Assembly (NCBI RefSeq): GCF_029582805.1
Contig: NZ_JAKKUT010000002.1
Location: forward strand, 1,613,747 to 1,637,746
Source: Candidatus Synechococcus calcipolaris G9
Lineage (GTDB): Bacteria; Cyanobacteriota; Cyanobacteriia; Thermosynechococcales; Thermosynechococcaceae
Direction: 5' to 3'
DNA: 24,000 nucleotides
The notes under the pieces: model-generated
What the model was told of the DNA's origin: nothing
Seen by the model: the letters and a program-made list of their open reading frames with translations, nothing else
Databases searched by the model: none
Part shown: piece after piece, positions 8,041-16,621 of the stretch
Layout of the letters: every line of letters starts with the position of its first letter
Numbering within the stretch: the stretch's first letter is position 1
Translations under genes and position numbers: made by a program

Positions 8041-9675
8041 GTAGTCAAAGTCTCCACCCATGCCTGCACCGGCACCGGCAGGAGCATTATCCTTGGGTTC
8101 AGGCTTATCAACAATGATGCATTCGGTGGTCAGCACCATGCCAGCGATGGAGGCGGCATTTTGCAAGGCCGAACGAGTCACTTTGGCGGGATCCACAATT
8201 CCGGCAGCAAACATATCCACATAGCTGCCTTTGGCGGCATCATAACCGACGTTGAAGTCTTTTTCCTTCACCCGCTCGGAAATGATCGCACCGTTTTGGC
8301 CAGCATTTTCGGCAATGCGACGCAGGGGCGAGGTCAGGGCCCGCTCCACAATACCAGCACCGATGAGTTCTTCACCCGTTAGGTTGGCTTCTGCCCAGGT
8401 GGCTAGATCGGGGCCGAGGTGCGCCAATGTGGTGCCACCACCGGGAACAATCCCTTCTTCGACGGCAGCCTTGGTGGCATTAATGGCATCTTCGAGACGA
8501 AGTTTGCGATCTTTCATTTCCGTTTCTGTAGCTGCACCGACCTTAATGACGGCAACGCCACCGGCTAGTTTAGCCAAACGCTCTTGCAGCTTTTCCTTGT
8601 CGTAGCTGGAATCGGTCTCTTCCATCTGGCGACGGATTTGCTCACAGCGGGCTTTGACTTCCTTCTCGTTACCTTCGGCCACAATTGTGGTGTTGTCTTT
8701 GGTAATCGTGATCCGGCGGGCTTTGCCCAGCATTTCCAGCTTGGCGGTATCCAACTTGAGACCGGCATCTTCGGTAATCATTTGACCACCGGTGAGGACG
8801 GCAATATCCTCAAGCATGGCTTTACGGCGATCGCCAAAGCCAGGGGCCTTAACGGCGGCCACATTCAAGACACCCCGCAGACGATTCACCACTAGGGTTG
8901 CCAGGGCTTCTTTTTCAATGTCTTCGGCAATGATCACCAAGGGACGACCGGAACGGGCCACTTGCTCCAGCACAGGAACCAGATCCTGCACTAGGGTAAT
9001 TTTCTTGTCGGTGATTAGAATGAACGGCTCATCTAAAATGGCTTCCATCCGCTCGGTGTCGGTGGCGAAGTAAGGGGAGATATAGCCCTTATCAAAGCGC
9101 ATCCCTTCGGTGACTTCCAGTTCAGTGGTCATGGACTTGCCTTCTTCCAGGGAAATAACCCCTTCTTTGCCCACCTTATCCATGGCGGCCGCAATCATTT
9201 GACCCACTTCTTCGTCATTACCGGCAGAAATGGAAGCAACTTGGGCGATCGCCTTGGAATCTTCCACTTGCCGGGCATGGGCAGCAATTTTTTCCACCAG
9301 GTATTGGGTTGCCTTATCAATCCCCCGCTTCAGGGAAATGGGATTGGCACCCGCCGCTACATTGCGAAGACCTTCTTTGACCATGGCATGGGCAAGGACG
9401 GTGGCCGTGGTGGTTCCGTCTCCAGCCGCATCATTGGTTTTAGAGGCCGCCTGACGAATTAAGGCAACCCCAGTATTTTCAATGTGGTCTTCCAGTTCGA
9501 TTTCCTTGGCAATGGTGACACCATCATTAATGATTTGAGGTGCGCCAAATTTCTTTTCTAGGACAACATTACGACCCTTGGGGCCGAGGGTTACTGCCAC
9601 GGCTTCGGTAAGAATGTCCATGCCCTTTTCCAAGGCACGCCGGGCGTTTTCGTTGTAGATGATCCGCTTAGCCAT
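8038..9675 (-). CDS. groEL: Chaperonin GroEL (60 kDa, groESL-operon copy)
   Basis: 545-aa ORF that is unmistakably GroEL ([25 protein letters not shown], Gly/Met-rich C-terminus ...[10 protein letters not shown]). It lies 107 bp downstream of groES on the same strand. Confidence 0.98.
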   Translation of the reverse strand: MAKRIIYNENARRALEKGMDILTEAVAVTLGPKGRNVVLEKKFGAPQIINDGVTIAKEIELEDHIENTGVALIRQAASKTNDAAGDGTTTATVLAHAMVKEGLRNVAAGANPISLKRGIDKATQYLVEKIAAHARQVEDSKAIAQVASISAGNDEEVGQMIAAAMDKVGKEGVISLEEGKSMTTELEVTEGMRFDKGYISPYFATDTERMEAILDEPFILITDKKITLVQDLVPVLEQVARSGRPLVIIAEDIEKEALATLVVNRLRGVLNVAAVKAPGFGDRRKAMLEDIAVLTGGQMITEDAGLKLDTAKLEMLGKARRITITKDNTTIVAEGNEKEVKARCEQIRRQMEETDSSYDKEKLQERLAKLAGGVAVIKVGAATETEMKDRKLRLEDAINATKAAVEEGIVPGGGTTLAHLGPDLATWAEANLTGEELIGAGIVERALTSPLRRIAENAGQNGAIISERVKEKDFNVGYDAAKGSYVDMFAAGIVDPAKVTRSALQNAASIAGMVLTTECIIVDKPEPKDNAPAGAGAGMGGDFDY

Positions 9676-9782
9676 AGTTCTGTATTCCTGTCTTAAAACA
9701 TTGAATGGTGATTAATTGACCTAACAATTGACCGAAAAGTGACATCATCTAAACTGTGACATCACCGCTTCGACTAGAAATC

Positions 9783-10094
9783 CTAGACAACGATCGCCAA
9801 GATGTCTTTTTCCGAAAGCAAAACGTACTCATCGCCAGCAAGCTTGACCTCGGTGCCAGCATATTTGGAGTAGAGAACCTTGTCGCCCACTTTTACATCC
9901 ATGGGCTGGCGGCTGCCATCATCATTGATTTTGCCGGGGCCAGTGGCGGTGACTTCGCCCACCTGGGGTTTTTCCCGAGCATTATCCGGTAGTAGAATCC
10001 CACCGGCGGTTTTTTCTTCGCTTTCGCTAACTTTTACAAAGATGCGATCGCCCAAGGGCTTCACAGTCGAAACACTTAGAGATACGGCTGCCAT
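9783..10094 (-). CDS. groES: Co-chaperonin GroES
   Basis: 103 aa starting [22 protein letters not shown], the conserved cyanobacterial GroES N-terminus. The ORF-track start at 10163 adds 23 non-conserved residues. GGAG lies about 11 nt upstream of ATG 10094. Confidence 0.95.
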   Translation of the reverse strand: MAAVSLSVSTVKPLGDRIFVKVSESEEKTAGGILLPDNAREKPQVGEVTATGPGKINDDGSRQPMDVKVGDKVLYSKYAGTEVKLAGDEYVLLSEKDILAIVV

Positions 10095-10243
10095 AGCGTA
10101 CTGATCTCCCATTTGAAGGTTATTGTGGTTATTGAACTCTCGCCTAAACCCCTGAAAATTCACTCATTCAGGAGAAACGAGAGACTGGTAAAGTGGTTAA
10201 AGAGGATTCTAGAAACCGACAAATTCCCGTAGCTTGTCTGGTT

Positions 10244-10270
10244 TTAGCACTCCCAACCCCTGAGTGCTAA
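10244..10270. promoter_or_regulatory. CIRCE operator (HrcA binding site) of groESL
   Basis: TTAGCACTC-N9-GAGTGCTAA, a perfect match to the CIRCE consensus. It sits 150 nt upstream of the groES start. Confidence 0.92.
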
Positions 10271-10298
10271 TGTACCGGTAATCAGAATCCCTTGGCAA
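10269..10298 (-). promoter_or_regulatory. Candidate sigma70-type groESL promoter overlapping CIRCE
   Basis: On the minus strand, TTGCCA (10298-10293), an 18-nt spacer, then TACATT (10274-10269) running into the CIRCE left arm. Identified by motif only. Confidence 0.3.
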
Positions 10299-10405
10299 TT
10301 CCCCGCCGAGTACGGTTTACCGAACGAATTGGACAAACTTAGCTCCCCGGTGTTTGCTAATCCACATTTTGCTCGGTGTTGTTAGCTTGTTAGGTGTTGT
10401 TAGCT

Positions 10406-11797
10406 ATGGCGATCGCCTCAACCAACCCCACCACGGGGGAACTTCTCAAGACCTATGCGCCCCTCAATGATGGGGAAATTGAGACCTGTCTCGCCAAGGC
10501 TGCAACCGCCTTTGCCAGCTACCGCAAAACCGCCTTTGACCAACGGGCGGGTTGGCTCCTGAAGGTGAGCGATCGCCTCAAACAGGATCGGGAACGGTGC
10601 GCCCAGATGATGACTCTAGAGATGGGAAAGCCCATCACCGAAGCGATCGCCGAAGTAGAAAAATCCGCTTGGGTCTGTCGCTACTACGCGGAACATGGGG
10701 CCCAGTTTTTAGCTGATGAACTCGTAGACACTGATGCCAGCCAAAGTTTTATCCGCTACCAACCCCTAGGCCCGATCCTGGCGGTGATGCCCTGGAATTT
10801 TCCCTTTTGGCAAGTCTTTCGGTTTGCGGCTCCGGCCCTGATGGCGGGCAATGTGGGCTTACTCAAGCACGCATCCAATGTACCCCAATGTGCCCTGGCG
10901 ATCGCCGAGATTTTTGCTGAGGCAGGGTTTGCCGATGGTGTTTTTCAAACCTTACTCATTCCCGCTAGCCGGGTGGCTCCCTTGATGGCCGACCCACGGA
11001 TTAAGGCAGCGACCCTAACGGGCAGTGAACCGGCAGGGATGAGTCTTGCCCAAGCGGCGGGTCAACAGATCAAAAAAACCGTCCTAGAACTGGGGGGCAG
11101 TGATCCCTGTATTGTCTTAGACAGTGCGGATATAGGGGCAGCTGTCACCACCGGCCTCAAATCCCGGATGATCAACAACGGCCAATCCTGTATTGCCGCC
11201 AAGCGATTTATTGTCCAAGCCTCAATTTACGATGAATTTGCCGAGCAACTGATTCACCAAATGCAGGGCTGGAACCTAGGGAACCCCCTCAACCCGGAAA
11301 CCCAACTGGGGCCCCTCGCCACCCAGGGTATCTTAGACGAGTTAGGCCAACAGGTGGAACAGGCGATCGCCCAGGGGGCAACCCTTCACTGTGGGGGGCA
11401 AGTTTTGCAAGGAACCGCAGCCCTACTCCCCGAATTACGCCAGGGTTACTTTTATCCGCCCACCCTTTTAAGTGATATTGGCCCAGAGCATCCCGCCTTT
11501 AGCCAGGAGTTTTTTGGCCCCGTCGCCCTACTGTTTCGGGTCAATACCCTGGATGACGCGATTCAACTGGCCAATGCCACTCCCTTTGGCCTAGGGGCGA
11601 GTGCCTGGACAACGGATCCCCACCAACGCGATCGCCTCCTGGATGAACTGGAGGCCGGAGCCGTATTCATCAATGGCTTGGTCAAGTCCGATCCCCGTTT
11701 ACCCTTTGGCGGCATTAAGCGATCGGGCTACGGCCGCGAATTGGGGCGAGTGGGCATCCAGGAATTTGTTAACTTAAAGACCGTCTGGATCGCCTAA
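10406..11797 (+). CDS. gabD: NAD(P)+-dependent succinate-semialdehyde dehydrogenase (aldehyde dehydrogenase superfamily)
   Basis: 463 aa counted from ATG 10406 (the track start, GTG 10394, is 4 codons upstream). ALDH motifs: general base in LELGGSDP, catalytic Cys in NNGQSCIAAKR, GSEPAG, C-terminal PFGGIKRSGYGRE. The overall pattern is the SSADH/GabD-like subgroup. Substrate assignment is by similarity only. Confidence 0.8.
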   Translation: MAIASTNPTTGELLKTYAPLNDGEIETCLAKAATAFASYRKTAFDQRAGWLLKVSDRLKQDRERCAQMMTLEMGKPITEAIAEVEKSAWVCRYYAEHGAQFLADELVDTDASQSFIRYQPLGPILAVMPWNFPFWQVFRFAAPALMAGNVGLLKHASNVPQCALAIAEIFAEAGFADGVFQTLLIPASRVAPLMADPRIKAATLTGSEPAGMSLAQAAGQQIKKTVLELGGSDPCIVLDSADIGAAVTTGLKSRMINNGQSCIAAKRFIVQASIYDEFAEQLIHQMQGWNLGNPLNPETQLGPLATQGILDELGQQVEQAIAQGATLHCGGQVLQGTAALLPELRQGYFYPPTLLSDIGPEHPAFSQEFFGPVALLFRVNTLDDAIQLANATPFGLGASAWTTDPHQRDRLLDELEAGAVFINGLVKSDPRLPFGGIKRSGYGRELGRVGIQEFVNLKTVWIA

Positions 11798-11810
11798 TCA
11801 AAGATTCAGG

Positions 11811-11837
11811 ACTCAGGGTTTGTTTTTTACCCTGGGT
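11811..11837 (+). terminator. Hairpin after the SSADH gene
   Basis: ACTCAGGGT (11811-11819) pairs with ACCCTGGGT (11829-11837), giving a 9-bp stem with one G-U pair. The loop is TTGTTTTTT. No 3' U-tract follows, so this is a weak intrinsic-terminator call. Confidence 0.3.
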
Positions 11838-11841
11838 CTGC

Positions 11842-11850
11842 TGCTATAAT
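11842..11850 (+). promoter_or_regulatory. Extended -10 promoter element (TGcTATAAT) upstream of purA
   Basis: TGCTATAAT at 11842-11850, 36 nt upstream of the purA TTG start. The -35 is poor. Identified by motif only. Confidence 0.35.
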
Positions 11851-11873
11851 TGTGGATTGTGTAAATTAATTGA

Positions 11874-13229
<1,356 letters not shown>

Positions 13230-13279
13230 TTTCACGTTTGATTTTTCCCTTTTTACCTACGTTTTTTCAGGAGTTTTCC

Positions 13280-13582
13280 ATGGCTACCCCCTTAACCATT
13301 GAATGTCATCTGCGCCCAGCGGACAGTAAGCCCAATGCCCTGCGCCAATCGGGACAAATTCCCGCCGTTCTCTATGGGCATAACGGCAATGAGTCCGTGA
13401 ACTTGATCGTGGAAAGCCGGGTTGCCGGATTCCTGGTTCGGGATGCCTTTGTCGGCAAGACCCCCATTGAAGTATCCGTGCCGGACTTACCGTGGCAGGG
13501 AACCGCTGTTCTGCAAGAAGTTCAGGCCCACCCCGCCCGAGACACCCTCTACCATCTCAGCTTTTTCGTCAAGAAGCCTTAG
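13280..13582 (+). CDS. rplY: 50S ribosomal protein L25 (bL25, short form)
   Basis: 100 aa counted from ATG 13280, with CAGGAG SD at 13268-13273. LRQSGQIPAVLYG and VLQEVQAHPARDTLYHLSF match the L25 pattern. The track start at 13238 adds 14 residues with no SD. Confidence 0.8.
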   Translation: MATPLTIECHLRPADSKPNALRQSGQIPAVLYGHNGNESVNLIVESRVAGFLVRDAFVGKTPIEVSVPDLPWQGTAVLQEVQAHPARDTLYHLSFFVKKP

Positions 13583-13645
13583 GCTAAATTTGAGGACGGA
13601 ATTTTCGGCGGGGCGATCGCTGGGTTGAGGTTAATCCTTCTAGGG

Positions 13646-13954
13646 TTATCGCCCCCCTGAAGGATTAATGGGTGGCCCACCTTGGCCCCGCAGTTGCTCA
13701 CCCATAGCCCGCCCCTGCACGCCCCGACCTTGACCTTGCATTTGTCCCCAAGTACGCATTTGTTCACCCATGGCCTGCCCCTGAGCACCCCTTGCTTGGC
13801 CTTGTCCACCCATCTGTTGACCCACGCCAGGGCCGCCCGGGATTCCTCCTGATTGGGGGCCACGTCCTTGAGGGCTAACCGGATTTTGGGCTAGGGCTAA
13901 GGGAGAGAGCAAGAACAGTGTTGGAACGGTAATCAATAAGTCATGGATTCGCAT
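13646..13954 (-). CDS. Secreted low-complexity Gly/Gln/Met/Arg-rich tandem-repeat protein (function unknown)
   Basis: 102 aa counted from ATG 13954. Sec-type signal peptide MRIHDLLITVPTLFLLSPLALA|QNP. The mature part is almost entirely G, Q, M, R, A and P, with two 22-aa repeats (QGQARGAQGQAMGEQMRTWGQM / QGQGRGVQGRAMGEQLRGQGGP). I recognise no known family. Confidence 0.6.
   Translation of the reverse strand: MRIHDLLITVPTLFLLSPLALAQNPVSPQGRGPQSGGIPGGPGVGQQMGGQGQARGAQGQAMGEQMRTWGQMQGQGRGVQGRAMGEQLRGQGGPPINPSGGR
13694..13804 (-). repeat. Imperfect 66-bp (22-codon) tandem duplication inside the secreted-protein gene
   Basis: The 45-nt cores at 13694-13738 and 13760-13804 match at about 35 of 45 positions by hand alignment (ttgctcacccatagcccgcccctg... 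vs ttgttcacccatggcctgcccctg...). Confidence 0.8.
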
Positions 13955-14107
13955 AGGAACAACCTTGCAAAACTTGCAAAAAACGTCTGGCAAAGAAATT
14001 TGATCTAGATGAAAATTTGGTGCAGATGAATATGCTACTATCCTAGCGATTTTAACCTCAGAGATCCGGCCCCGTACCCCACTTCAGGACAATAAACCGA
14101 GATTGCC

Positions 14108-14662
14108 ATGATACCCCTTAAAGGTTTTTACCGACTGAGCTTAGCCTGTCTGCTGGCTCTAATTATTTATTTTGGCTGGAGCGCGCCTGCCCATGCCCTA
14201 GGGGGTGAACTGCCCCCCCTGGATACCCCTGCACCAGAATTTAACCTGCCTACCCATAGGGGGGATGGCTCGGTATCTCTAGCGGATTACCGGGGGAAAT
14301 GGCTCGTTGTGTATTTTTATCCGAAAGACTTTACCTCCGGCTGCACCTTAGAAGCCCAACGATTTCAGCGGGATTTAGACCAGTTCCATCAGCGAAATAC
14401 CGAAGTGATTGGTATCAGTGCCGACTCCATTGATTCCCATGCCGAATTTTGTGATTCCGAAGGCTTGACCTTTCCCCTCCTCTCCGATACCACGGGTGAA
14501 GTGAGTAAGGCCTACGGCTCCTGGTTGGGATTTATTTCTCTCCGCCATAGTTTTATTATCGACCCCGACGGCATTCTCCGCGATCGCTATGTAAAAGTCA
14601 GTCCAGCGATTCATTCCCAAGAGGTGTTAACTCGCCTAGATGAGCTTCAACGGGCTGGATAG
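14108..14662 (+). CDS. bcp: Peroxiredoxin, BCP/PrxQ type, with N-terminal signal/anchor sequence
   Basis: 184-aa ORF. Active site FYPKDFTSGCTLE (peroxidatic Cys), with no Cys at the usual +5 resolving position. The N-terminal hydrophobic segment LSLACLLALIIYFGWSAPAHA|LG suggests export to the periplasm or thylakoid lumen. Confidence 0.9.
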   Translation: MIPLKGFYRLSLACLLALIIYFGWSAPAHALGGELPPLDTPAPEFNLPTHRGDGSVSLADYRGKWLVVYFYPKDFTSGCTLEAQRFQRDLDQFHQRNTEVIGISADSIDSHAEFCDSEGLTFPLLSDTTGEVSKAYGSWLGFISLRHSFIIDPDGILRDRYVKVSPAIHSQEVLTRLDELQRAG

Positions 14663-14861
14663 CTGCCATTCCAGAGGGGACGATGGATGAACTGGCAGAT
14701 CGATGTAGCCTTGTGGGATTTGTAAGCACTTGCTAAAATGATTAAGTGTATGGGGTGTAGCAATGTATCTGTGCCTATGATCTGTAAAGGTAATTTTTTG
14801 ATATTGCACAGTACCATTTCTGGTTGCACCATCCTTTACTGCTGCGTGGATTGAAGCTTAT

Positions 14862-15302
14862 ATGTCTTCACTAACGTTGACGTTTGTTGCACCGCAGTGG
14901 AATACCCTTAGTTTTACCTCAACTCTTTTCCTGAAGCCTATTTTAGACCTACTCCTCAGGGATGTACCTCCCTGCTGTCAGGATGAGTTGCGTCTAGGCT
15001 TACAAGAAGCTCTGGTCAATGCCTCCCACCATGGAAATGAGTTAAACCCAGACAAGGTTGTACTGGTGCGCTATTCAATGGTTGAACATCAATGTTGGTG
15101 GGTGATTACCGATCAAGGTATGGGGTTTTCACCACCGCGGTATATTTGCTCTGCCGTTGATGATCTACTACCGGAGGCTGAGGCCGAATCAGGCCGGGGC
15201 CTCTTTTTAATCTATGAAATCTTTGATGAAGTCTACTGGAATGGCCCGGGCACTGAGTTGAGCCTGTGTAAAGATCTAGAGCGGTATCTGCAAGGATTGT
15301 AA
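14862..15302 (+). CDS. Anti-sigma regulatory factor / serine-protein kinase (RsbW/SpoIIAB-like HATPase_c)
   Basis: 146-aa ORF. N-box EALVNASHHGN, G1 box DQGMGF, G2 box GRGLFLI. It is the size and layout of a partner-switching kinase. No STAS anti-anti-sigma gene or sigma-factor gene is adjacent. Confidence 0.75.
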   Translation: MSSLTLTFVAPQWNTLSFTSTLFLKPILDLLLRDVPPCCQDELRLGLQEALVNASHHGNELNPDKVVLVRYSMVEHQCWWVITDQGMGFSPPRYICSAVDDLLPEAEAESGRGLFLIYEIFDEVYWNGPGTELSLCKDLERYLQGL

Positions 15303-15390
15303 TGGCATTTAATTTAGCCTAAGAGGGGCAATTAATCCTCGTCCTAGTTATGTCACCATGGGGGCGAGACGTCCGAGGAGGGTTAGGTGT

Positions 15391-16569
15391 ATGGTATCAA
15401 TCGCCCGTAAGAATTTATTTGAAGATTTACCACGATTTATGGTGGCCCAAGCAGGGATTATGTTTGCGGTCAGTCTAGTGACGATTCAAACGGGCTTACT
15501 GGAAGGTTTTGGCCGCTCCTCCACCCTCTTGATTGATCGATCAAAGGCAGATATTTGGGTGGCTTCCAAGGAAATTCGCTATTTAGATCTCACCCTACCC
15601 ATTGACTATGAGCGGTTGAACGAAGCGGCGGCGGTGGAAGGGGTTGAACTGGCTGAGGCCCTAGTTCTCCGGGGAGCAATTTGGCAGCAGTCCACCGATG
15701 GCGAGATTGATCCGGTGCGGGTAGTGGGCTTTGATTCTGGGGGTGAACTCTTCCAGCCTTGGGCTGTTCAGTCCGGCCAGGTGAGTGAATTAGACGAATC
15801 CTATGGGGTGATGATTGATCGGGTGGATCAACGCAATCTGAATATTACCGGCATTGGTGATACCGCCGGGCTAAATGATTATCCGGCGATCGTTAAGGGG
15901 TTTACCCAGGGAATTCGTTCCATTGTCACCAGTCCCTACGTATTTACATCCCTAGAAAATGCCAACCTCTACCTTAACTTTCCCCGATTTGATGATGCTG
16001 ATCCACCGGAGTTTGCACCTAGTCTGAATCCAGAAACGCCCATTCAGTTTATTTTGATTCGTGTGGATGCGGATTACGATCTCGAAACGGTGCGCCAGGA
16101 TTTACAATTGACTCTTCCCGATCAGCGGATCATGACCACCGCAGAACTCTCCCAGTTGACCCGTGCCTATTGGCGTAGTAGTACGGGGGTCGGATTTATT
16201 TTAGGTCTGGGGGCCATTGTCGGCATTATTGTCGGCACGGTGATTGTGGGACAAATTCTTTACTCCTCCGTCTCCGATCGCCTCCAAGAGTACGGCACCC
16301 TAAAAGCTATGGGGGCCTCGGATTGGTATCTATACCGCATTATTATTGAGCAGGCCCTCTGGATGGCCATTATGGGCTATATCCCTGGTTTAATTCTCTC
16401 CCTGACTGTGGGGGCCTGGACCATGGAAACCCGGGCGATCCGCATCTTAATCACCCCAGAGACCGCGGCAACGGTCTTCACCGTAACCGTAACGATGTGT
16501 ACCGGGGCGGCCCTATTTGCCATTCAGAAAGTCACCCACCTGGACCCCGCCATTGTGTTTAAGTCCTAG
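15391..16569 (+). CDS. FtsX-like ABC transporter permease (MacB/DevC-type)
   Basis: 392 aa counted from ATG 15391, with GAGGAGG SD at 15375-15381. TM1 is FMVAQAGIMFAVSLVTI, followed by a periplasmic domain of about 230 aa and a C-terminal FtsX module with three TM helices (GTLKAMGAS.WY...II.EQALWMA). No ATPase or membrane-fusion gene is adjacent. Confidence 0.85.
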   Translation: MVSIARKNLFEDLPRFMVAQAGIMFAVSLVTIQTGLLEGFGRSSTLLIDRSKADIWVASKEIRYLDLTLPIDYERLNEAAAVEGVELAEALVLRGAIWQQSTDGEIDPVRVVGFDSGGELFQPWAVQSGQVSELDESYGVMIDRVDQRNLNITGIGDTAGLNDYPAIVKGFTQGIRSIVTSPYVFTSLENANLYLNFPRFDDADPPEFAPSLNPETPIQFILIRVDADYDLETVRQDLQLTLPDQRIMTTAELSQLTRAYWRSSTGVGFILGLGAIVGIIVGTVIVGQILYSSVSDRLQEYGTLKAMGASDWYLYRIIIEQALWMAIMGYIPGLILSLTVGAWTMETRAIRILITPETAATVFTVTVTMCTGAALFAIQKVTHLDPAIVFKS

Positions 16570-16621
16570 GAAATTCTAGGTTTGAGATGTTTTTCGCCAA
16601 GATCGGCGTGGAAGCGTTACC

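Noticed and set aside
8161-9462. Cluster of plus-strand ORFs (73-117 aa) inside groEL
   Set aside because: They are antisense shadow ORFs of a highly expressed, codon-biased gene. Their products are low-complexity and rich in Arg, Ser and Ala, with no motifs and no RBS.
10095-10163. N-terminal extension of groES (track start 10163)
   Set aside because: The conserved GroES N-terminus begins at MAAVSLSV (ATG 10094). The extension is non-conserved and lies in the 5' UTR.
13579-13863. 94-aa alternative frame overlapping the secreted repeat-protein gene
   Set aside because: It is open only because of the low-complexity repeat. It lacks a signal peptide and an RBS and overlaps the rplY 3' end. 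The 13646-13954 frame has a canonical signal peptide.
14663-14698. CTGCCA...TGGCAG hairpin after prxQ as a terminator
   Set aside because: It has only a 6-bp stem with a 24-nt loop and no U-tract, which is too weak to call.
14647-14832. 61-aa minus-strand ORF in the prxQ/anti-sigma spacer
   Set aside because: It overlaps the prxQ 3' end, has no RBS and has a featureless product, so it is probably a chance ORF in an AT-rich spacer.
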